Of a stretch of DNA of 64,000 bases, positions 32,066-41,258 are shown one piece after another (position 1 is the stretch's first letter; every line of letters starts with the position of its first letter). A program made the position numbers and the translations under genes. The stretch comes from Treponemataceae bacterium (GTDB taxonomy: Bacteria > Spirochaetota > Spirochaetia > Treponematales > Rectinemataceae): contig CAXXGJ010000025.1 of NCBI GenBank assembly GCA_963677895.2, positions 1-64,000 of the forward strand, read 5' to 3'. The notes below the pieces were generated by a model. That model saw only the letters and a program-made list of their open reading frames with translations, was not told the DNA's origin and ran no database searches.

Positions 32066-32911
32066 ATGATCGAACAAAGAAAATCAGCCAGGGCTTTCCC
32101 CCATATCATTCTCTGGATCGCCATCGTCATCATAATATTCCCGCTCTACTTTGTTTTCGTGGCCTCCACGAGAACGAGCGCCGATATTCTGTCCGCGCCC
32201 ATGCCGCTCTACCCGGGCACGCACTTTCTCGAAAACTACGGACGGGCGCTCACCGAGGGCGCGCAGAACCTCGGCGCTTCGGCCATGACCATGATGAAGA
32301 ATTCATTCATCATGGCTATGGGCATCTCCATCGGAAAAATCCTCGTTTCCCTCCTGGCCGCCTTCGCCATCGTGTTCTTCAATTTCAGGGGAAGGAAATT
32401 CTGCTTCTGGGCGATATTCATAACCTTGATGCTGCCGGTGGAAGTGCGCATCATGCCTACCTACAAGGTCATTTCGGACTTAGGTCTGCTCAATTCCTAC
32501 GCCGGCCTCATTCTGCCCATGATCGTGTCGGCTACGGCCGTCTTCCTTTTCAGGCAGTTCTTCATGTCGGTTCCGAGGGAGATAGCAGAGGCTTCGCAGA
32601 TCGACGGCGCCACCTCCATGCAGTTTTTCAGGACTATCCTGGTGCCCATGACCCGCACGCCTATCGCGGCCATGTTCGTCATCCAGTTCATCTACGGCTG
32701 GAACCAGTACCTCTGGCCGCTGCTGATCACCACGAAACAGGAATACTACACGCTGCTCATCGGCATAAACCGCATGCTCTCGGGCGCCGACGTGCTCATC
32801 GAGTGGCAGATTGTCATGGCCACGACGCTCCTGGCCCTGATTCCGCCCGTGCTCGTGGTCATCATCATGCAGAAGCAGTTCGTGGCCGGCATGACCGATA
32901 CGGAAAAATAA
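32066..32911 (+). CDS. ugpE: sn-glycerol-3-phosphate ABC transporter permease
   Basis: TLMLPVEVRI.PTY, SATA.FLFRQFF, FIYGWNQYLWP and C-terminal DTEK. Confidence 0.93.
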   Translation: MIEQRKSARAFPHIILWIAIVIIIFPLYFVFVASTRTSADILSAPMPLYPGTHFLENYGRALTEGAQNLGASAMTMMKNSFIMAMGISIGKILVSLLAAFAIVFFNFRGRKFCFWAIFITLMLPVEVRIMPTYKVISDLGLLNSYAGLILPMIVSATAVFLFRQFFMSVPREIAEASQIDGATSMQFFRTILVPMTRTPIAAMFVIQFIYGWNQYLWPLLITTKQEYYTLLIGINRMLSGADVLIEWQIVMATTLLALIPPVLVVIIMQKQFVAGMTDTEK

Positions 32912-32937
32912 AGCAGCTTCCAAGCCGATCGCTAAAA

Positions 32938-32966
32938 GAAAAGCCCGGGTTGCCCCGGGCTTTTTC
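32938..32966. terminator. Bidirectional intrinsic terminator
   Basis: aaaagcccggg-ttgc-cccgggctttt between the convergent ugpE and uxaC. Confidence 0.85.
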
Positions 32967-33013
32967 ATGCTATTTGGTCCTTTAAGGACGCGCTTCTTGC
33001 GACGAGCGAATCT

Positions 33014-34504
33014 TCATTTCACCGATTTTGCCCAGGCGGGCACATCGATGCCAAAATAGTCGCGCGCGTTGAACCAGCTCACGTTGCGGACAAGTTCCCT
33101 CGCGTAGCAATCGTCGCCGGGCAACTCGCCTGACTCCACCCAACGACCCGTAATCTTGCAGAGGATGCGGCGGAAATACTCGTGCCTCGGGTAGGAGAGG
33201 AAGGATCTTGAGTCGGTGAGCATGCCCACCCAGCGTCCGATGACACCGACGGAGGCCGACTGTATGAGGTGCCGTTCCATGCCGTCCAGGTGGTCGTTAA
33301 ACCACCACGCGGCTCCGTACTGCATCTTCCCGGCCACGGCGCTCCCGGGCGCCGATCCAGCGTAGGTTCCCGAGTAGCACTGGGCCAGGACGGCGAGGCT
33401 CGCGTTCTTCGTGTCGTCCAGCGAATAGAGGATGGTCTTGGGCAGGCTTCCCTCCGCGTCGAGCAGGTCGAGCAGGGAGGCCAGGGGCGCGATGACCACC
33501 GCGTCCGAGATGGCGTCGCCGCCGCCGTCGGGGCCATAGGAGGAAAAGAGGCGCGTATTGGTGTTGCGGAGCGCCCCGATATGGAGCTGCATCGTCCAGC
33601 CCGCTTTGGCGTTGAGGCGGGCGACCTGAAGGAGAACGGCGGTTCCGAGCCTTTCGCGCGCGAGGGCGTCGACGTTTTTGCCGGCGAGCAGCGAAGCGAT
33701 GATGGCGTCGAGTTCGCCGCCTGAGGCGAGCGCGAAGGGCGGTACGAGAAGCGCGTGATCGGAGAGTCTGCATCCGTGCTCGTGGAAGAAAGCATGACGA
33801 CGCGCGAGCGCTTCGGCCAGGTCGGCGAAGCTGCGGATATCCAGGCCCGCGGCCGCGCCCAAGGTTGCGGCGTAGGCCTTCCACGCCACGGCATCCTGGG
33901 CGTTCATGGCCTTGTCCGGACGGAAGGCGGGAAGAATCCTCGCCACTCGTTTGCCCGCGGCCGCGGCGGCGCTTCCCACCTTTGGATCGGAAGCTACGGC
34001 TTCGTGCCATCGCAGATCGTCGGCAGGATCGTCCGTCGTGCAGACGACGGCGACGCCGTAATGCTTCAGCATGCTCTGCGGCGAATCGCCCCGCTCCCTG
34101 ATGACGGCGTTGGCGCGTTCTCTTATAGCGAGGGCGTTCTTTGTCGTCAGCACATCGTCGATTCCGTAGGTTCTCTGCAGTTCCAGATGGGACCAATGGA
34201 GAAGCGGATTGCCCGGCGACTGTTCCAGCGCGGCGGCGAAGGCGACGAATTTATCGCTCCAGGAGGCGCCGCCCGAGCAGAGGGACTCGTCCGCGCCGTT
34301 CGAACGCATAATGCGCCATTTGTAATGATCGCCCTTGAGCCATAGCTCGGCGATGTCGCCGAAGGGCTTGTCTTCCGCTATTTCCCTGGGCGAAAGATGG
34401 CAGTGATAATCGAAAATGGGCAGACCGGCCGCGTCCTCGTGATAGAGCTTTCGCGCCGTATCCGTGTCCAAGAGAAAGTCTTTGTCCATGAATGCTTTTT
34501 TCAT
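33014..34504 (-). CDS. uxaC: Uronate (glucuronate/galacturonate) isomerase
   Basis: DYHCH, GDHYKWR, HWSHLEL, CTTDDP, FRPD, QLHIG, WWFND and GMLTDSRSFLSYPRHEYFRR. Confidence 0.96.
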   Translation of the reverse strand: MKKAFMDKDFLLDTDTARKLYHEDAAGLPIFDYHCHLSPREIAEDKPFGDIAELWLKGDHYKWRIMRSNGADESLCSGGASWSDKFVAFAAALEQSPGNPLLHWSHLELQRTYGIDDVLTTKNALAIRERANAVIRERGDSPQSMLKHYGVAVVCTTDDPADDLRWHEAVASDPKVGSAAAAAGKRVARILPAFRPDKAMNAQDAVAWKAYAATLGAAAGLDIRSFADLAEALARRHAFFHEHGCRLSDHALLVPPFALASGGELDAIIASLLAGKNVDALARERLGTAVLLQVARLNAKAGWTMQLHIGALRNTNTRLFSSYGPDGGGDAISDAVVIAPLASLLDLLDAEGSLPKTILYSLDDTKNASLAVLAQCYSGTYAGSAPGSAVAGKMQYGAAWWFNDHLDGMERHLIQSASVGVIGRWVGMLTDSRSFLSYPRHEYFRRILCKITGRWVESGELPGDDCYARELVRNVSWFNARDYFGIDVPAWAKSVK

Positions 34505-35337
34505 ATATTGTCCGTCAGATAGCCGCCGTCGACCGGTATGCTTACGCCGGTGACGAAACCTGATGCCGCTTCGCTGGCAAGAAAAAGCGCCGCTCCCCAG
34601 AGTTCCTCGAATTTCCCGAAGCGCCCGAAGGGGGTGCGCGCGACGATGGATGCCCCTCTCGCTGTCAGGCCGCCATTCGGATCGAGCAGCAGCGCGCGGT
34701 TCTGGTTGCCCACGAAAAATCCGGGGGCTATGGCGTTCACCCTGATGCCGCGGGGCGCGAGCTCCTTGGCGAGGGCTTCGTTCAGGTTGAGGACGCCTGC
34801 CTTGGCCGCGTCGTAAGCCCAGGTTCCGGACAGAGCCTTGTAGCTCGTCATCGAGGTCATGTTGATGATGTTGCCCTTCATGCCCTTGGCTATCCAGTAT
34901 TTCGCGAAAACCCTGGAAGGAGTCACAAGGCCGGCAAGCAGGTTGAGTTCGAGAATATCCTTGAAAAGGGCTTCGTCCAGATCGACAAAGGGTGTCTTGC
35001 CCCTGTTGCCGCCGACGCCGTTGACCAGAATGTCGGGCGCCGCCCCGGCCAGCTTTTCCGATTCGGCGAGGGCCGTCTCGCAGGCTTCCTTCGAGGCGGT
35101 ATCGACGGTAACGGCAAAAACCCTGCCGCTGCCGGCGGCTTCGGATCCTTCGGCGGCGGCCTTGGCCACCTGGCGGGCGGCCTCATCCATGGGGTGGTTG
35201 GTACCGCGGCCCCAGAGAATGACGGTGGCGCCGGCCCTGGCGAATCCCACGGCCAGATTGCCAGGAATCCCGCCGCCGCCGCCGGTTATGACGGCAACTT
35301 TTCCTTCCAGCGAAAACATCGATTCGATGAATGACAT
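34501..35337 (-). CDS. uxuB: SDR-family fructuronate reductase / D-mannonate oxidoreductase
   Basis: ATG 35337 after GAGGAG; TGGGGG, NGVGGN, YDAAK, VNAIAPGFF..QNRALL, TPFGRFG; coupled to uxaC. Confidence 0.75.
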   Translation of the reverse strand: MSFIESMFSLEGKVAVITGGGGGIPGNLAVGFARAGATVILWGRGTNHPMDEAARQVAKAAAEGSEAAGSGRVFAVTVDTASKEACETALAESEKLAGAAPDILVNGVGGNRGKTPFVDLDEALFKDILELNLLAGLVTPSRVFAKYWIAKGMKGNIINMTSMTSYKALSGTWAYDAAKAGVLNLNEALAKELAPRGIRVNAIAPGFFVGNQNRALLLDPNGGLTARGASIVARTPFGRFGKFEELWGAALFLASEAASGFVTGVSIPVDGGYLTDNI

Positions 35338-35348
35338 AATGACTCCTC

Positions 35349-36653
35349 TCAGTTGCCCGGCATTAGCAGATTGGGCAGGAACATGGTGATCTCCGGGATG
35401 AAGGTAACAAGCATCAGCACGACAACCATCGAGAAATAGTACGGCAGCATAGCTTTGGTCACTTTTTCGATGGAAATCTTCCCCACCGCACAGCCGACGA
35501 AGAGCGCCGAGCCTACAGGCGGCGTGCAGAGCCCGATCGCCAGATTGATCATCATTATGATCCCGAAGTGGATGGGTGACAAGCCGAGGGTGGTGACCAC
35601 GACGGGGTAGAGAATCGGCGTGCAGATGAGGATGAGGGGCGCCATGTCCATGATGCAGCCAAGCACCAGAAGCAGCACGTTGATGAGAAGAAGAAGAATA
35701 TACTTGTTGGTCGAAACCGAAAGGATGAGCTCGGTGGCTTTCGCGGGGATCCTGAGGTAGGCCATCAGCCATCCGAAGGCGCTCGCCGCGGCTATGAGAG
35801 CCATCACCATCGAGAGGGTCTTCAGCGAGTTATACAGGATGCCCTTCATCGCTTTCAGCGGGATTTCCTTGTAGACGAAGAAGGTGATGATGAAGGCATA
35901 AATGACGGCGATCGCCGCCGATTCCGTGGCGGTGAAAATACCGGATACGACGCCGCCCATGATGATGACCGCCGTCATGAGACCGAGGAAGGCATCCTTG
36001 AAGATCTTGATTGCGTCGCGGAAGGCGATCTTGGGTTCTCGAGGATAGTTTCGTTTCTTGGCGATGATAAAGGAGATAATCATCATGCTGAGGCCGAGGG
36101 AAATGCCCGGGATGTAGCCACCGAGGAAGAGTCTGCCGACCGAAACCCCTCCGGCCGCCATCGAGTAGATGATCATATTGTGGCTCGGCGGAATGATGAC
36201 GCCCTGGGTCGAACTCGCCACGGTGAGGGCGACGGCGAAGTCTTCGTCATAGCCTTTCATCTTCATCATCGGGATGATGATGGATCCTGTAGAGGCTACA
36301 TCGGCTACAGCCGAACCGGAGATGCCGCCGAAGAACATCGAATCCATGCAGTTGACCATGGCCAAGCCGCCCTGGATTCTTCCCACGAAGACATTCGCGA
36401 GCTCGATCAGTTTCCGCGCTATGCCGCCCTGTCCCATCATCTCGCCAGCGATGATGAAAAAGGGTATCGCCAGGAGAGAGAAGGACCTCACGCCCTGCAC
36501 CATCTGCTGGACGATAGCCATGAGGGGAATTTTCAGGTATATCGCCGTCACGATGGAGGCGGACGCGAGCGAATAGGTTATGGGCACCCGCAGGATCATG
36601 AGGAGGACAAAACCCCCGAGCAACAGAGCAATGGCGAACCCTAGATCAATCAT
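35349..36653 (-). CDS. dctM: TRAP transporter large permease
   Basis: LLAIPFF, GGISGSAVAD, IIPPSH, FTATE and GLCTPPVG motifs. Confidence 0.93.
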   Translation of the reverse strand: MIDLGFAIALLLGGFVLLMILRVPITYSLASASIVTAIYLKIPLMAIVQQMVQGVRSFSLLAIPFFIIAGEMMGQGGIARKLIELANVFVGRIQGGLAMVNCMDSMFFGGISGSAVADVASTGSIIIPMMKMKGYDEDFAVALTVASSTQGVIIPPSHNMIIYSMAAGGVSVGRLFLGGYIPGISLGLSMMIISFIIAKKRNYPREPKIAFRDAIKIFKDAFLGLMTAVIIMGGVVSGIFTATESAAIAVIYAFIITFFVYKEIPLKAMKGILYNSLKTLSMVMALIAAASAFGWLMAYLRIPAKATELILSVSTNKYILLLLINVLLLVLGCIMDMAPLILICTPILYPVVVTTLGLSPIHFGIIMMINLAIGLCTPPVGSALFVGCAVGKISIEKVTKAMLPYYFSMVVVLMLVTFIPEITMFLPNLLMPGN

Positions 36654-37191
36654 GGGTACCTCCGAACAGGTCCTTGAGCTTTCTCTCTCCCGAGAGGTAT
36701 TCATCGATATTCGCGTCGTAGGTGTCCCATCCCACGATATGGAGGAGGGCTTCGAGGACGATAGTCACCCCCGCGAAAGGCACCACGAAGTACAGCAGCC
36801 CGGCGGGCCATTTCGTCGCGGGCATAATGGATGTCATCGTGAATTTCACGAGGGAGCTTCCATAAATAATCATGACCAGCCCGACGAAGATGACGACGAT
36901 CTCAAGGATGAGGTCGAGGGCGGTATTGAGCCAGCCGGGTATTTTTTCGCGATTCAGCAGATTGATGGTTATGTTGAGCTTCTGCTTGATGCCCAGGCCC
37001 ATCGATATGAAGATAAACCATACGCAGAGGAGAAGGGCCACTTCCTCCGACCATAGGATTCCGCTGTTGAAGACATAGCGCAGCAAGACATTCGCCGACA
37101 CGATGAGGATCATCGCCACGATCAGGACTTTCGACAATTCCACCAGAAAAATGTGGATCATGTTGATGGTTTTTAGGATCAGATCTTTCAT
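36646..37191 (-). CDS. dctQ: TRAP transporter small permease
   Basis: NVLLRYVF...WSEEVA motif, four TMs, lies between dctP and dctM. Confidence 0.9.
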   Translation of the reverse strand: MKDLILKTINMIHIFLVELSKVLIVAMILIVSANVLLRYVFNSGILWSEEVALLLCVWFIFISMGLGIKQKLNITINLLNREKIPGWLNTALDLILEIVVIFVGLVMIIYGSSLVKFTMTSIMPATKWPAGLLYFVVPFAGVTIVLEALLHIVGWDTYDANIDEYLSGERKLKDLFGGTHD

Positions 37192-37295
37192 TTGGTTTAT
37201 CCTGTTGCCGGCCGAACGCGGCGGCAATGAAAAGGCGGTCCGGCGAAAGGCCCAATGGCCTTAGACCGGACCGCTGTCAGAATGAGGAACCGGTA

Positions 37296-38276
37296 TTACT
37301 TTACGGCCTGAATCTGCTTGACGAAGTCCTGGATTTCCTTGGACTGCTTCGCGTAGAGCGGAGCCATGAGGGCTACCCAGGGCGCCTTGTCGGTAACGGT
37401 GGAGATCTGCGATCCGCCGGCCTTTACCTTATCGATGGAGATCTGCTCGTACTTGGCCCACTCGGCGCGCTGGAAACTGACGGCGTCGGCGGCGGCCTGC
37501 TTGATCAGGTCCTGGTCGGCCTTGGAAAGCCTGCCGAGGGAAATCTTGGAGCCGATAATGATCTCGGGAACTCTGGTGTGCTCATCGAGCGTGAAGTATT
37601 TCGCGACTTCGAAGTGGCTGGTCGAGAAATAGGATGCCCAGTTGTTCTCGGCGCCATCGACGACGCCGGTCTGGAGGGCAGAGTAGACTTCGCCGTAAGC
37701 CATGGGGGTCGGCACGGCGCCGAAGGCGGAAACGAGACCCATCATGAGCTCGCTTTCCTGGACGCGGATCTTGAGGCCCTTGAGGTCGGCGGGCGTCTTG
37801 ACCGGGCGTTTGGAGTTGTAGAAGTTGCGCGATCCGCCCTCGAACCAGCCGAGGCCGATGAAGCCGAAGGGCTCGAGGCTGGCGAGAAGGTTATTGCCGA
37901 TATCGCCGTTGAGAACCTTCCACATATGAGCTTCGTCCCTGTACAGGTAAGGCATCTGGAACGCGTTGAGCTTGGGAACGAAGGCGGCGACCGGGCTCAC
38001 CGAAACGCGGGTGATATCGATGGCGCCGAACTGTACCTGCTCGATGACGGCCTTTTCCTGGCCAAGCTGGCTTCCGGGATAGACTTCGATGACGATTCTT
38101 CCATTGGAACGCTCTTTCACGAGACGGGCGAACTCTTCATCGCCCAATTCCGTCGGATAGCCCTTGGGATGGGTTTCGGCCAGTCTCAGGACTATCGCCT
38201 TCTGGGCGAAAACCTGAACCGGCATCAGGACGGCGAGAACGAGCATGAGTCCAAGGACGAACTTTGCTTTTTTCAT
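37296..38276 (-). CDS. dctP: TRAP transporter substrate-binding protein (uronate-type by context)
   Basis: Signal peptide, SQLG.EK, DLKGLKIRVQ, EVYSALQTGVVDGAENN; SD GGAGG. Confidence 0.93.
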   Translation of the reverse strand: MKKAKFVLGLMLVLAVLMPVQVFAQKAIVLRLAETHPKGYPTELGDEEFARLVKERSNGRIVIEVYPGSQLGQEKAVIEQVQFGAIDITRVSVSPVAAFVPKLNAFQMPYLYRDEAHMWKVLNGDIGNNLLASLEPFGFIGLGWFEGGSRNFYNSKRPVKTPADLKGLKIRVQESELMMGLVSAFGAVPTPMAYGEVYSALQTGVVDGAENNWASYFSTSHFEVAKYFTLDEHTRVPEIIIGSKISLGRLSKADQDLIKQAAADAVSFQRAEWAKYEQISIDKVKAGGSQISTVTDKAPWVALMAPLYAKQSKEIQDFVKQIQAVK

Positions 38277-38350
38277 AGCGTTGCCTCCATTTAAACTATG
38301 GCTATAGAATAACCTGCAATGATTTTGAATCCATTCGGCTGATCGTGGTC

Positions 38351-38384
38351 TTGTATAGTTTTGACTATTTTTTGTACTTTTTTG
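38351..38384 (-). promoter_or_regulatory. Candidate AraC/YesN-type activator site (21-bp-period direct repeat) for the dctP promoter
   Basis: Minus strand CAAAAAAGTACAA (38384-38372) and CAAAACTATACAA (38363-38351); downstream -10 TATTCT (38311-38306) with a poor -35. Confidence 0.55.
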
Positions 38385-39738
38385 CGGTCTGTTGGATATA
38401 CTGCTTCGGATTCTGGCCCTCAAACTTCTTGAATACGCGCGTGAAATACGCCTGATCCGAAAAACCGACGAGATAGCTCGCTTCCTTGATGCTCCCGCCG
38501 CCCGCCATCAGCTCCTTGGCCCTGTTGACGCGCACGCGGCCCAGAAGTTCGCTGAAGCCGATGCCCAGTTCCCTAGAGATGGCGTGGGAGAGGTGGAAGG
38601 AATTGACGCCCAGCGCTTCGGCGGCCGAAACCAGCGTGAGTTCCCTGGAGTAGCCGTTTTTGATGTAGTCGAGCGCCTTCATGCCGAGGCTCCGCGGGCT
38701 CGCGTCCGCCGCGCTCATATGCAGCAAGTCGCCCTCCCCCTTCCTGGGTATGGCCGCGAGCCGTACGGCTGGACAGTCGGCGGATGCGAGCCTGGAGCCC
38801 TCCAGCGCTCGCGAGAAGAGAATGTCGGCATCTTCCCGCGAAGGGCCGGCGAGGCCGCAGAGCAGGATGCAGGGAGCGCTGTCCCTGAGCTTTCTGCCCG
38901 CTTCCTCGACGATGGGCCAGAGAGGATCGCCCCGCAGATTCTTCTGGAAGCCCCCGGGAGCCGATACGGATTTTTCCGTTTCAGCGGATCCGGTTCGCGC
39001 GTCTTCCGAAGGAGTCATCCCGGTTTCAAGGCCGTAGAGGAAGATGAAGCCGCAGTCTTCCGCGGCGGTGGCTATGATTTTCCGGGAACGCTGGAGGGCG
39101 ATCTTGCAGGCCGCCGCCAGGGCCAGATCCGCGTATACTTTCTCCATAGACACCGCGGCCATGCCCGAAGCCGCGCGCAGCCTGAAGACGATCACGGAAC
39201 GGGACAAATCCGTCAGGGAAGCCAGGTTCTCGTACTCCCGAAAGGTCGCCGCGTCGAGGCCGCCCGCTTTCATCTGGGCGGTCAAAGCGCTTTCCAGCTT
39301 CCTGGCGGCTTCGGAAATGGCCGTGATGGATTCTTCCCTCTTCCTGGACAGGGACTCCGGCTCCCTGTTCGCTTCCAGCGAACGTTTCAGCGCCGACAGC
39401 ACCTCATCGGCTGAGGCGGGTTTGAGAAGATATTCGTAGACGCCCTGACGGATGGCTTTCTGGGCATATTCGAAGGTGTCAAATGCCGAAATGATGACAA
39501 TCGGGGCAAGGATGCCCGCCTTTCGCAGCGCTTCCGCGGCGCCGAGACCGTCGAGTCCGGGCATTTTGACATCGAGAAAAATCGCGTCGTAATGTCCGGC
39601 CTTGCCCAATTCCAGCGCTTCGTGTCCGTTTCTGGCTTCGTCGATGAGGAATTCAGGCTCGAGGCCGCTGCCGTTGATGATGAATCGCAGCGCCGCCCTT
39701 TCCAGGTCTTCGTCGTCGGCGATCAGGATTCTGGCCAA
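38365..39738 (-). CDS. YesN-like response regulator (REC + AraC HTH)
   Basis: ILIADDE, LDVKMPGLDG, YLLKP; C-terminal VGFSDQAYFTRVFKKFEG. Confidence 0.92.
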   Translation of the reverse strand: MARILIADDEDLERAALRFIINGSGLEPEFLIDEARNGHEALELGKAGHYDAIFLDVKMPGLDGLGAAEALRKAGILAPIVIISAFDTFEYAQKAIRQGVYEYLLKPASADEVLSALKRSLEANREPESLSRKREESITAISEAARKLESALTAQMKAGGLDAATFREYENLASLTDLSRSVIVFRLRAASGMAAVSMEKVYADLALAAACKIALQRSRKIIATAAEDCGFIFLYGLETGMTPSEDARTGSAETEKSVSAPGGFQKNLRGDPLWPIVEEAGRKLRDSAPCILLCGLAGPSREDADILFSRALEGSRLASADCPAVRLAAIPRKGEGDLLHMSAADASPRSLGMKALDYIKNGYSRELTLVSAAEALGVNSFHLSHAISRELGIGFSELLGRVRVNRAKELMAGGGSIKEASYLVGFSDQAYFTRVFKKFEGQNPKQYIQQTAKKYKK

Positions 39739-41252
39739 CGCGATACTCCTTTCATCGGGATGGAAAGCCTGATGATTGTGCCTTTTCCGGGCTTCGAGTA
39801 GAGCTCGAGCCTGCCTTCCGAACCGTAGAGAAGGAAAAGCCTTGTAGCAACGTTGGCGAGGCCGATGCCCGTGCCCGCGAGCAGTCCTTCCCTGGCTTCG
39901 ATGTTGCCCACCGAGGCGTTCCGGATGACCTGACGCAGGCGAATGAGCGTATCTTGAGGTATGCCCTGCCCCGTATCGATGATGAAAGCCTTGATGTTGT
40001 CCCCTCTTCTCTGGACAGACACGAGAATGCGGGTTTTGTCTTCCTTAGGTTCGATGCCGTGGCGCACGGCGTTTTCCACCATAGGCTGGAGAAGGAAGCG
40101 CGGTATCCTGATGACGCTCAGGGCCGTATCGAAGCGTATTTCCCAGTCGAGCCTTTCGCCGAAACGGGCTTTCTGGAAGCTCAGGTATTCGCGCACGATG
40201 CCGACCTCGTCGCCCAGGGGGACATAGGGACCGCCTTCCTTCATCGTGGATCGAAGGAGCTTGGCCAGGGAAATAGTGAGCTTTTCCGTGGCGGGAGCGT
40301 GCTCGAGGAGGGCGTTGCGCGCGATGGAATTGAGGGCGTTGAAAAGAAAATGGGGACGCATCTGGTCCTGCAGGTTCATGAGCTGGGCTTCGCGCAAAGC
40401 TTTCCCCATGGTGAGCAGGCTTGTCTCCTCGTCATGAAGCTTCTTTTCGAGTTCGGCCTTTTCCTTCAGGTCCTCGATGTACGTGCGTATGTTGGCGCTC
40501 ATGAGGTAAAAGCTTTCCGTGAGTATCCCCACTTCATCCCGCGACTTCATCCTTAGGGGCGCCACATCCAATTCTCCCCTGGCGAGCTTTTCGGAGGCTT
40601 TGGCGAGGTTGCGTATCGGTTTCGTGATGGAATTGGCGACGATATAGACATAGCCGAGAAGCAGGACGCCCGCCGCAATCATCCCGAGGAGAATGGCGTT
40701 GTTGATAAACTTGGCCTGTCTGCTGGAAGCGCGGAAGCTTTCCTCTCCTTCCTTCATGAGAATGCTGAGGAGGCGCGAGAGGTACATGTCCACGTAGCCG
40801 GCGATCCTGTCGGCGCGGGCGAAGTCGGCATAGTAATCGCTTCGGCCTGCCGCCCTGAAGGAAAAAGAACGCGCCACGAGGGGCAGATAGGCATCCAGGC
40901 CGTAGCCGGTGGCTCTGACCTCGAACCCGGCGTCTTCGGAGAGAAATTCGAGCGGGGCGAGGGAATTGTCGAGAACCGACAGGTTGGCGATGGATTCGTA
41001 GAGTTCCTCTATCGGCCTGGACGAGGGTTCCCTGAGGAAACGGTCGGCGTCGGCCCTGAAGGCGTTGAGGGCGACGCGCATGCTGTGGACGAGGTGATAG
41101 TGGTTGAGGCGGGTTTCGTATTCCGCGGCCACTTTATAGGTGGCCCGCTGCGCTATGATCTCCATCGCCACCATGAATATGATGGCGATGCCCAGGAAGG
41201 CGAGAAGCCGACCGCGAATCCCTATCCTGAAGCGCCTGCCCTCAGCGGCCAT
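39723..41252 (-). CDS. YesM/LytS-like sensor histidine kinase
   Basis: Two TMs, HAMP, QMRPHFLFNALN, LQPMVENAVRHG, DTGQG, GIGL.NV, GKGT. Confidence 0.92.
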   Translation of the reverse strand: MAAEGRRFRIGIRGRLLAFLGIAIIFMVAMEIIAQRATYKVAAEYETRLNHYHLVHSMRVALNAFRADADRFLREPSSRPIEELYESIANLSVLDNSLAPLEFLSEDAGFEVRATGYGLDAYLPLVARSFSFRAAGRSDYYADFARADRIAGYVDMYLSRLLSILMKEGEESFRASSRQAKFINNAILLGMIAAGVLLLGYVYIVANSITKPIRNLAKASEKLARGELDVAPLRMKSRDEVGILTESFYLMSANIRTYIEDLKEKAELEKKLHDEETSLLTMGKALREAQLMNLQDQMRPHFLFNALNSIARNALLEHAPATEKLTISLAKLLRSTMKEGGPYVPLGDEVGIVREYLSFQKARFGERLDWEIRFDTALSVIRIPRFLLQPMVENAVRHGIEPKEDKTRILVSVQRRGDNIKAFIIDTGQGIPQDTLIRLRQVIRNASVGNIEAREGLLAGTGIGLANVATRLFLLYGSEGRLELYSKPGKGTIIRLSIPMKGVSRWPES

Positions 41253-41258
41253 TCCGGT

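Noticed and set aside
34501..35772. N-terminally extended versions of the SDR, fumarase (18213), GT2 (22291), dctP (38423) and permease (50547)
   Set aside because: The extensions overlap upstream genes in another frame. Internal starts with SD sequences or stop-start coupling fit better.
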